From Candidatus Omnitrophota bacterium (lineage in GTDB: Bacteria; Omnitrophota; Gorgyraeia; 1-14-0-20-64-10): 35,279 nt of DNA. A program made the translations under genes and the position numbers. The notes under the pieces are model-generated. The model worked only from the letters and a program-made list of their open reading frames with translations. It made no database searches and had not been told where the DNA came from. Position 1 is the stretch's first letter; each line of letters begins with the position of its first letter. The DNA lies in the NCBI GenBank assembly GCA_016196465.1, contig JACPXR010000051.1, positions 1 through 35,279 on the forward strand, written 5' to 3'. Shown one piece after another: positions 27,827-35,279 of the stretch.

Positions 27827-29208
27827 GAAGGCCCAACCGGAAACTTTGGGGAGGACGCTTCAGCCGCCCCACGGCCCTTCCCATCGAGCGGTTCACCCAA
27901 TCCCTGAGGGTGGACCAGCGCCTGGGCGGGTGCGATCTGCGGGCCTCCATCGCCCATGCCAGGATGCTTGGAAAAACGAAGATCATTCCCGCGAGAATCT
28001 CCCGGCGGCTCGCGAAGGCCTTGACCGGGATGCTGAGAGACTTCAAGAGAGGGAAGATGAGGCTGGACCCTTCCGCTGAGGACATTCACACCGCCATCCA
28101 GCTGGAGCTGGAAAAAAGAGCGGGGGAAGCGGCCCAGTATCTCCACACCGCCCGCTCCCGGAACGATCAGGTCGTCACCGACCTGCGGCTCTACTGCAAA
28201 GAGGCGCTGGAGCGGGTCGATGATCAGATCCTGCGGCTTCAAAGGAAGATCCTCGATCAGGCCGGGCGGGCCGGGGCCCAGATCATCCCCGGCTACACGC
28301 ACCTTCAGCACGCCCAGCCGATGCTGGGGGCCCATCTGTTTCTCGGTTACCTGGAGGCCCTGGAGCGGGACCGGCAGCGCCTCAGGGCGGCCCGGGGCCG
28401 GGTGGATGAGCTGCCGCTGGGCTCCGGCGCCCTGACGGGAACCGGGCTTCCCATCGATAGAAAACTCGTCGCCGGGCTCCTTGGTTTCTCGCGGGTTTCT
28501 GAGAACTCAGTCGACGCCGTCACCGAAAGGGACTTCGCCGCGGAGATCCTGTCGGATTTGGGCATCCTGGGGCTTCATTTAAGCCGGATAGCGGAGGACC
28601 TGATCCTCTTCGCCACCCATGAATTCGGATTCATCCGGTTCGATGAACGCCTCCTCACGGGAAGTTCGATGATGCCCCAAAAGCAGAATCCGGACTTTCT
28701 GGAGCTCACCCGGGCGGGGACATCCCGCATCATCGGAAACCTCATGCAGCTCTTCACCCTGCTCAAAGGACTCCCCTCGGGATACCAGAGGGACCTCCAG
28801 CTGGACAAGGAATGCCTCTTCGAAGGCCTCGACCGGGCTCAGGGGATGCTGGACACACTCAGCCTGGGATTCGGCGCGATCCATTGGAACCCGAAAGCGG
28901 CCTTGAGGCAGCTCTCGGACGAGGCCCTTTACGCCACCGACCTGGCCGAATACCTCGTCCTCAAAGGGGTTCCTTTCGCGCTGGCCCACCGGGCGGTGGG
29001 CCAGCTCCTTGCCCATGCCGAGGGCCGGGGGATCTCTCTGGCTTCTCTTCCCCTGAAGGAGTTCCGCCGTTTCTCTCCGGCGTTTGAACAGGGGGTGTAC
29101 GCCCTCTTGAATCCCTCCGCCTCGATCCGGCGCAAGCGCTCCCTGGGCAGCACCGGTCCCGCCCGGGTCCGGGCCTGCCTCCTTCGCTGGCAGAAGAAGC
29201 TCCACTAA
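27823..29208 (+). CDS. argH: Argininosuccinate lyase
   Basis: KLWGGRF, HTARSRNDQV, PGYTHLQ.AQP and TGSSMMPQK.NPD. Confidence 0.97.
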   Translation: MRRPNRKLWGGRFSRPTALPIERFTQSLRVDQRLGGCDLRASIAHARMLGKTKIIPARISRRLAKALTGMLRDFKRGKMRLDPSAEDIHTAIQLELEKRAGEAAQYLHTARSRNDQVVTDLRLYCKEALERVDDQILRLQRKILDQAGRAGAQIIPGYTHLQHAQPMLGAHLFLGYLEALERDRQRLRAARGRVDELPLGSGALTGTGLPIDRKLVAGLLGFSRVSENSVDAVTERDFAAEILSDLGILGLHLSRIAEDLILFATHEFGFIRFDERLLTGSSMMPQKQNPDFLELTRAGTSRIIGNLMQLFTLLKGLPSGYQRDLQLDKECLFEGLDRAQGMLDTLSLGFGAIHWNPKAALRQLSDEALYATDLAEYLVLKGVPFALAHRAVGQLLAHAEGRGISLASLPLKEFRRFSPAFEQGVYALLNPSASIRRKRSLGSTGPARVRACLLRWQKKLH

Positions 29209-29210
29209 AG

Positions 29211-30473
29211 ATGCACCGCTTCGCCTTGAAAAGAGGACGGCTCTGGTGCGAGGGGGTGCCTGTGGAGGAGGTAGCCCGGCGGGTGGGAACCCCCGCCTAT
29301 CTCTACAGCCACGGCACGATCCTCGACCATTACCGGAAGCTCCAAACCGCCTTCCGCCCGGTGAAGGCCTTGATCTGCTTCGCCGTCAAGGCCAACGGCA
29401 ACCTCGCCGTTTTGCGCCTGTTGGCCAGGGCCGGAGCGGGGTTCGACATCGTCTCGCAAGGAGAGCTCGAGCGAGCCCTCCGGGCGGGAGCGGACCCGAA
29501 GAAAATCGTTTATGCCTCCGTTGGAAAAACCGAAGAGGAGATCCGGAAGGCGGTTCAGGCGGGGATCCTCTTCTTCAACGTAGAGTCCGCTCAGGAGCTT
29601 CGGCAGATCCAGGAGGTCTGCCGGAAGCTCAAGAAGCGCCAGAGGGTGAGCCTCCGGCTGAACCCAGAGGTGGACCCCCACACCCATTCCTTCATCGCCA
29701 CCGGACAGGCGGCCAGCAAATTCGGCATGGACTTCTCCACCGTCTCGACCCTTCTGCGGCGCCGGGGGGAGTTTCCGAACCTCCTCTTCGCGGGACTCCA
29801 CATCCACATCGGCTCGCAGATTTTGGAGGCGGCCCCGTTTGAGGCCGCCGTTCGAAAGGCCCTCCGGATGATCTCCCTGGCGAGGAAAGAGGGCGCGCCG
29901 ATCGATACCCTCAACATCGGCGGGGGACTCGGGATCGTTTATCACCAGGAGGCCCCCCAGACTGCCGCCGAGTTCGCCCGAAGGATCCTTCCCCTCTTGA
30001 AAGGCAGGTCTCTTCAGATTATTCTGGAGCCGGGAAGATTCATCGTGGGAAACAGCGGAATTCTCCTCACCCGGGTTCTGGTTCTTAAGGAAAGCGGCAG
30101 AAAGAAGTTCGCCATCGTGGACGCGGGGATGAACGACCTGATCCGGCCGAGTCTCTACGGGGCTTACCATGAAATCGTTCCCGCCTCGCAAAACGGGATG
30201 CTAAGAAAAAAGGCGCGGTACGACGTCGTGGGGCCGGTCTGCGAAAGCGGAGATTTCTTCGCCAAGGGCCGGCTCCTCCCTTCGCTCGCAGCCGGGGACC
30301 TCCTGGCAATCCTCGGGGCGGGGGCATACGGCTTCACCATGTCCAGCAACTACAACGCCAGGCCGCGGGCGGCCGAGGTGCTGGTCCGGGGAAACCGATG
30401 GCACCTCATTCGCAGAAGAGAAACCTTCGCCGACCTGGTGCGCGGGGAAAGGATCCCCTCCTTTCTGAAATGA
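29211..30473 (+). CDS. lysA: Diaminopimelate decarboxylase
   Basis: FAVKAN, HIHIGSQI, GGGLG, EPGR, GPVCESGD and GAYG..MSSNYN. Confidence 0.97.
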   Translation: MHRFALKRGRLWCEGVPVEEVARRVGTPAYLYSHGTILDHYRKLQTAFRPVKALICFAVKANGNLAVLRLLARAGAGFDIVSQGELERALRAGADPKKIVYASVGKTEEEIRKAVQAGILFFNVESAQELRQIQEVCRKLKKRQRVSLRLNPEVDPHTHSFIATGQAASKFGMDFSTVSTLLRRRGEFPNLLFAGLHIHIGSQILEAAPFEAAVRKALRMISLARKEGAPIDTLNIGGGLGIVYHQEAPQTAAEFARRILPLLKGRSLQIILEPGRFIVGNSGILLTRVLVLKESGRKKFAIVDAGMNDLIRPSLYGAYHEIVPASQNGMLRKKARYDVVGPVCESGDFFAKGRLLPSLAAGDLLAILGAGAYGFTMSSNYNARPRAAEVLVRGNRWHLIRRRETFADLVRGERIPSFLK

Positions 30474-31282
30474 GAGAGCTCCCGTTCGTCAAAGTCGCGG
30501 GATGCGGCAACGACTTCATCCTCCTGGACCGGCGCAAGGTCCCCGCGCCCGTGGACTTCCAAGCGCTGGCCCGGAAGTGGTGCTCCCGCCAGAAGGGAAT
30601 CGGCGCGGATGGAGTTCTCCTCCTGCTCCCCTCCAGGCGCGGGGACGCCCGGATGAGAATCTTCAACCCCGATGGGAGCGAAGCGGAGATGTGCGGAAAC
30701 GGCCTGCGGTGCGTCGCCTGGTACCTGCACGAGATGAACGGCAAAGCCGCCTCCTTCACCGTGGAGACGAAAGCGGGCCTCCTCCGGTCGGAGGTGGTCG
30801 GGGAGGAGCGGGTCCGGGTCACCCTGACCCCGCCGAAAGCATTGCGCCTGGGACTTCAAGTCGCCTGGAAAGGGGGCCGTCTCGCGCTTCATGCCGTCCA
30901 GTCCGGCGTCCCCCACGCGGTCCTCCTCACCACCCGCCTGAAGGAGGCGGAGGTGGAGAGACTGGGGCCCTTCCTCCGGTTCCACAAACTTTTCAGACCC
31001 CAGGGAACCAACGTCAACTTCGTTCAGATCCGTTCCCCTCACCGGATCGAGATCCGAACCTACGAACGGGGAGTGGAAAAAGAAACCCTCGCCTGCGGCA
31101 CCGGCGCGGTCGCTTCCGTGGTCATTGGAAACTCCCTGGGCCGCCTGAAGCCGCCGGTCGCGGTCCTCACGGCAAGCGGGGAACTCCTCCGGGTTGACTT
31201 CCAGGAGAGGAAAAGGCCATGGGAGGACCTCACCCTGGAAGGCCCCGCCCGAGTGATCTTCGAAGGAAAGGTCCGCCCATGA
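30470..31282 (+). CDS. dapF: Diaminopimelate epimerase
   Basis: G.GNDF, GIGADG, EMCGNG.RC and ERGV..ETLACGTG. Confidence 0.96.
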   Translation: MRELPFVKVAGCGNDFILLDRRKVPAPVDFQALARKWCSRQKGIGADGVLLLLPSRRGDARMRIFNPDGSEAEMCGNGLRCVAWYLHEMNGKAASFTVETKAGLLRSEVVGEERVRVTLTPPKALRLGLQVAWKGGRLALHAVQSGVPHAVLLTTRLKEAEVERLGPFLRFHKLFRPQGTNVNFVQIRSPHRIEIRTYERGVEKETLACGTGAVASVVIGNSLGRLKPPVAVLTASGELLRVDFQERKRPWEDLTLEGPARVIFEGKVRP

Positions 31283-32181
31283 AAACCAGAGATCCTTCCC
31301 GCTGGCTCAAAGGGTCCATGGTGGCCCTCGTCACTCCCTTCCGGAACGGGGAAGTGGACTTCAAGACCCTCCGGTGCCTCATCGAATTCCAGATCCGGGG
31401 CGGGACCTCGGCCCTCGTCCCCTGCGGAACCACCGGGGAATCGGCGACCCTCTCCCACGAGGAACATGAGCGGGTGATCGAGACCGCCATCCAGACGGCC
31501 CGGGGCAGAATCCCGGTCATCGCCGGAACCGGCTCCAACAACACCCAGGAGGCCCTTCGCCTGACGCGCCACGCCCAGCGCTCCGGCGCTGACGCGGCCC
31601 TCCTCATCGCCCCCTACTACAACCGGCCGACCCAGGAAGGCCTCTACCGCCATTTCCGGACGATCGCCGAGTCGGTCTCCATCCCCCTCGTCCTCTACAA
31701 CATCGCCTCCCGCACCGGGGTGAACATCGAGCCGGAGACCTTCGGCAGGCTCTCCATGATCCCCAACATCGTGGGGGTGAAGGAGGCGAGCGGCTCCCTG
31801 GAGCAGATGTCGCGGATCAAGGCGGCTTGCCCCGAGCGCTTCGTCCTCATCTCAGGAGACGACGCCCTGACGCTGCCGGTCCTGGCGATCGGCGGAACCG
31901 GCGTCATCTCGGTCGTGGCGAACATCGTTCCGAAGAGGGTCCACGGCCTTGTCCATTCCTTCGAAGGGGGGCGCCGCGGCGAGAGCCGCCGGATCCACGA
32001 GCGCCTTCTCTCCCTGACCAAAGCGATGTTCATCGAAACGAACCCCATCCCCGTGAAAACCGCCATGGGCCTCATGGGGCTTCTCAAGGACGCCTCCCTT
32101 CGCCTGCCGATGTGCCCCATGAGCGAGGGAAACCTCGTCAAGCTCAAAGAGGTCCTCCGCTCCTACCGCCTCATCCGATGA
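31279..32181 (+). CDS. dapA: 4-hydroxy-tetrahydrodipicolinate synthase
   Basis: ALVTPF, GTTGES.TL, PYYN.P.QEGL, YN...RT, GVKEA and ETNPIPVK. Confidence 0.97.
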   Translation: MKTRDPSRWLKGSMVALVTPFRNGEVDFKTLRCLIEFQIRGGTSALVPCGTTGESATLSHEEHERVIETAIQTARGRIPVIAGTGSNNTQEALRLTRHAQRSGADAALLIAPYYNRPTQEGLYRHFRTIAESVSIPLVLYNIASRTGVNIEPETFGRLSMIPNIVGVKEASGSLEQMSRIKAACPERFVLISGDDALTLPVLAIGGTGVISVVANIVPKRVHGLVHSFEGGRRGESRRIHERLLSLTKAMFIETNPIPVKTAMGLMGLLKDASLRLPMCPMSEGNLVKLKEVLRSYRLIR

Positions 32182-32969
32182 CCCCACCCCCCGCAAGAAT
32201 CCGCTTGGTCGTCAGCGGCTGCTGCGGCCGCATGGGCTCCCTCATCGCTGAGGAAGCAGCGAAGGATTCCGCCCATTTCGACCTCGCCGGGGCGCTCGAG
32301 CATCCCGGTCATCCCCAAGTGGGAAAACCCTATCCCGCGAAGCCCGGCCTGAAGGTGAGCGACGACCTGCCGGGACTGCTCCAACAGGCGGATCTTCTCA
32401 TGGAATTCACAACGCCGGAAGCAACCCTGGAACATGCGGGGATCTGTGCCGAGGCCCAGGTCGCCATGATCATCGGGACCACCGGACTTTCGCCGGAGCA
32501 AACGGACCGGCTGTTTCGAGAAACCGACAAAAAAATCCCCATCTTCATTTCGCCCAACATGTCCATCGGGATTTTCATTCTTCGAAAGATGATCGGCCAC
32601 GTCTCCGAGGAGCTCCGCAAGCTCAGCGTCCCGATCCAGGAGATGAAACTCTCCGAAGCCCACCACGCCAAAAAAAAGGACAGGCCCAGCGGAACGGCCA
32701 AGCAGCTCGCCAAAGAGATCGGGGAAGCCACGGGGCGGGTCATCCCGGAGAATCAGATCAGCGTCAGACGGGATGAGGAGTTTGACGTCGCCGGTGTTCA
32801 CACGGTGACCTTTGAGCTCGGCGCAGAGAAACTCCTCCTCACCCATGAAGCAACCGACCGGCGGCTCTTCGCCCAGGGGGCCCTTTGGGTCGCCCGACAT
32901 TTCCGCCAAGTCTGCACCGAACCCAAGGTCTACGGGATGGACGATTTCATGGCGCAGGTCCCTCGATGA
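32178..32969 (+). CDS. dapB: 4-hydroxy-tetrahydrodipicolinate reductase
   Basis: G..GRMG, IGTTG, PNMSIG, E.HH..K.D.PSGTA and R..FA.GA. Confidence 0.93.
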   Translation: MTPPPARIRLVVSGCCGRMGSLIAEEAAKDSAHFDLAGALEHPGHPQVGKPYPAKPGLKVSDDLPGLLQQADLLMEFTTPEATLEHAGICAEAQVAMIIGTTGLSPEQTDRLFRETDKKIPIFISPNMSIGIFILRKMIGHVSEELRKLSVPIQEMKLSEAHHAKKKDRPSGTAKQLAKEIGEATGRVIPENQISVRRDEEFDVAGVHTVTFELGAEKLLLTHEATDRRLFAQGALWVARHFRQVCTEPKVYGMDDFMAQVPR

Positions 32970-34165
32970 GACACAGGCGCGTCATTCCGGCGGTCGCACG
33001 GCGGCTCACCCAGCTGCCCCCGTATCTTTTCGTCGAGATAGACGCCATGAAGGAAGAGATGATCCGCAAAGGCAGGGATGTCATCGACATGGGGGTGGGG
33101 GACCCGGACATGCCGACCCCCGGCTTCATCCTCCGAGCGATGGCGCGGGCCCTGCGCGACCCGGGCAACCACCCTTATCCAACGAACAGGGGATTGGAGG
33201 ATTTCCGGACCGTGATCGCCCAGTGGTACCGGCGCCGCTTTTCGGTGAGACTCGATCCCGCCACCGAAATCTTGCCGCTGATCGGATCGAAGGAGGGGAT
33301 CGCCCACCTTCCGCTGGCCTTCGTCAACCCGGGCGACCGGGTCTGGGTGCCGGACCCCTGCTATCCCCCTTACCGGACCGGGACGATTCTGGCCGGGGGG
33401 CGCCCGGTCTCCGTGCCCCTTCTCTCGGAAAACGGCTTCCTCCCGGACTTAGGCCCCCTGACAAGAGGCGCCTCGGGGGTGAAGCTCTTCTTCCTCAATT
33501 ATCCGAACAACCCCACCACCGCGGTGGCGGACCTGGCCTTCTACCGGCGGCTGGTCTCCTTCGCCCATCGAACCGGGGTCCCCATCTGCCACGATGCCGC
33601 TTATTCGGAAATCGCTTTCGATGGGGTGCGTCCTCCCAGCTTCCTGCAAATTCCGGGAGCCAAAGAGGTCGGAATCGAGTTCCACTCCCTCTCCAAGACC
33701 TTCAACATGACCGGCTGGCGGATCGGCTGGGTCTGCGGAAACGCTCAGATGATCTCGGCCCTGGCCAAGGTGAAATCCAACATCGACTCAGGCATCTTCC
33801 AGGCCGTTCAGAGGGCCGGCATCCAGGCGTTGAAGGATCCCAGAGGGCATCTGGAGCGGATGCTGGAGCTCTACGCCCTGCGGCGGGATCTTCTGGTCGG
33901 CGCCCTCCGGAAATCCGGCTGGAAGGTCACACCCCCCCAAGCCACCTTTTACCTCTGGGCCCCGATCCCCGGCAAAGGAAATTCCAGGCAGACCGCCCGA
34001 CAGCTTCTTGAAAAAGCGGCCATCGTCGCGACACCCGGTGTCGGATTCGGAGCCCACGGAGAAGGGTACGTCCGCTTTTCCCTCAGCGTCCCCACCGGGC
34101 GTCTTCGTGAAGCGGCCCGCAGGATCCAACGGCTGCCCCTATGGCCACCGCCCTCATCGGCCTAG
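32966..34165 (+). CDS. dapL: LL-diaminopimelate aminotransferase (class I/II PLP)
   Basis: LPPYLF.EID, GVGDPD.PTP, GSKEGI.H, NYPNNPT, DAAY and SLSKTFNMTGWRIG; located in the dap cluster. Confidence 0.82.
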   Translation: MRHRRVIPAVARRLTQLPPYLFVEIDAMKEEMIRKGRDVIDMGVGDPDMPTPGFILRAMARALRDPGNHPYPTNRGLEDFRTVIAQWYRRRFSVRLDPATEILPLIGSKEGIAHLPLAFVNPGDRVWVPDPCYPPYRTGTILAGGRPVSVPLLSENGFLPDLGPLTRGASGVKLFFLNYPNNPTTAVADLAFYRRLVSFAHRTGVPICHDAAYSEIAFDGVRPPSFLQIPGAKEVGIEFHSLSKTFNMTGWRIGWVCGNAQMISALAKVKSNIDSGIFQAVQRAGIQALKDPRGHLERMLELYALRRDLLVGALRKSGWKVTPPQATFYLWAPIPGKGNSRQTARQLLEKAAIVATPGVGFGAHGEGYVRFSLSVPTGRLREAARRIQRLPLWPPPSSA

Positions 34166-34623
34166 GCTCGAACCTCGGCGACCGGGAAACCCTCCTTCAG
34201 CAGGCCCTAGAGGAAATTCGGAGGGTCCCCCGGACAAAGCTTCTCAAGGTTTCCCGTCTCGTTGAAACCGAACCGGTGGGGGGGCCTCCTCAAGGAAAAT
34301 ACCTCAACGGCGTCGCCAAGCTCTCCACGGAACTCCCTCCCGAGGAACTCCTGGCGGCTCTTCAGGGGATCGAGCGACGGCTGGGCCGTCCCATGAACCG
34401 GCCTCGCTGGGGACCCCGGGTGATCGACCTGGACCTTTTAAGCTATGACGAGGCGGTCCTCCAGACCCCTTCCTTGATCCTCCCTCACCCGAAGATGCAG
34501 GAACGGCTCTTTGTCCTCGTTCCCCTCTCCGAGGTGGACCCCCATTGGAAACACCCGGTCTCTGGAAAAAGAGTGGAGGAGCTTCTCCGGGAGCTTCACC
34601 ATGAAAGTCATTCGGCGCCTTAA
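34141..34623 (+). CDS. folK: 2-amino-4-hydroxy-6-hydroxymethyldihydropteridine diphosphokinase
   Basis: IGLGSNLGDR, YLN.V, WGPR.IDLDLL and LPHP.M.ER.FVL.PL. Confidence 0.96.
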   Translation: MATALIGLGSNLGDRETLLQQALEEIRRVPRTKLLKVSRLVETEPVGGPPQGKYLNGVAKLSTELPPEELLAALQGIERRLGRPMNRPRWGPRVIDLDLLSYDEAVLQTPSLILPHPKMQERLFVLVPLSEVDPHWKHPVSGKRVEELLRELHHESHSAP

Positions 34624-35279
34624 CGAACTCCGCCGGGAGATCGAGCTCCTTCAAAAAAGAGGCAAGACCGTGGGCTTCGTCCCCACCATGGGGGCCTTTC
34701 ATGAAGGGCACCTCTCCCTGATCCGGCGGGCGGCCGGGGAAACGGATGCCGCCGTGGTGAGCCTCTTCGTCAATCCGATCCAGTTCGATGAGGCGAAGGA
34801 CCTCCGGAGCTACCCCAGGCCCTGGCGGAAAGACCTCCGCCTGGCCGCCCGGGCGGGAGCCAAGCTCCTCTTTGCCCCGACCGCAGCCGAGATGTACCCT
34901 CCCGGCTTTCAAACCTTTGTAGAGGTGGAAAAGCTCGGCCGTCTGCTCGAGGGGCAGTTTCGCCCGGGACACTTCCGTGGTGTGGCCACCGTGGTGGCCA
35001 AGCTCTTTCACCTTGTTCAGCCCGACGTCGCCTACTTCGGCCAGAAGGACGCCCAGCAGGCGAGGCTCGTGGAGCGGATGATCCGGGACTTGAATTTCCC
35101 GGTCCGCCTCAAAGTGCTGCCCACCCTCCGGGAGAAAGACGGCCTCCCCTTGAGCTCGAGAAACCGATTTCTCTCGTCGGAGGCTCGACGGTCGTCGAGG
35201 GCCCTCGCGGAAGCTTTACAGGAGGCCCGACGGTTGATAGAATGTGATGAGCCCCGGGCATCCCTCGTCGTCCGACGGA
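34601..35279 (+). CDS. panC: Pantoate--beta-alanine ligase, 3'-truncated by window edge (absent from the ORF track)
   Basis: Hand translation from ATG 34601 gives MKVIRR...GFVPTMGAFHEGHLSL, SLFVNP.QF, RPGHFRGVATVV.KLF, FGQKDAQQ and REKDGL.LSSRN. Confidence 0.95.
   Translation, partial: MKVIRRLNELRREIELLQKRGKTVGFVPTMGAFHEGHLSLIRRAAGETDAAVVSLFVNPIQFDEAKDLRSYPRPWRKDLRLAARAGAKLLFAPTAAEMYPPGFQTFVEVEKLGRLLEGQFRPGHFRGVATVVAKLFHLVQPDVAYFGQKDAQQARLVERMIRDLNFPVRLKVLPTLREKDGLPLSSRNRFLSSEARRSSRALAEALQEARRLIECDEPRASLVVRR

Noticed and set aside
35184-35199. Inverted repeat ctcgacg-gt-cgtcgag near the window end
   Set aside because: It lies inside panC, has a 2-nt loop and no U-tract, and is expected by chance at this GC content.

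Overview
A GC-rich, densely packed bacterial chromosome segment. All 40 credible genes lie on the + strand, many joined by ATGA stop/start overlaps. I found no rRNA, tRNA, CRISPR array or mobile element. Gene order: a partial diacylglycerol glycosyltransferase, udg, priA, def, fmt; two tandem GalT-family nucleotidyltransferases; gap-pgk-tpiA-secG; an internally shortened BT1/MFS transporter, a SAM methyltransferase and a polysaccharide deacetylase; glgC-thiG-leuB-asd-truA; a four-gene Fur-led metal cassette; rplM-rpsI; then argCJBDFGH-lysA-dapF-dapA-dapB-dapL-folK-panC (partial). The host looks diderm, possibly PVC/Omnitrophota-like, which is inference only. Two things stand out. (1) The GalT paralogues have reciprocal active-site losses: copy 1 keeps RAKRP but has HAR in place of catalytic HPH, and copy 2 keeps HPH but has GPMGP in place of RAKRP. 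This suggests an obligate heterodimeric 'split' enzyme; the copies also share a 65-bp perfect repeat. (2) The cassette between truA and rplM encodes Fur (with operator boxes over its own promoter), a 75-aa lipoprotein with twin CxxCNC motifs hidden in the ORF track, a predicted outer-membrane barrel, and a ZIP permease with an extra His-motif C-terminal domain. It is a candidate TonB-independent metal uptake system. A structured rpsI-argC spacer that could both terminate transcription and hide the argC RBS also deserves testing.
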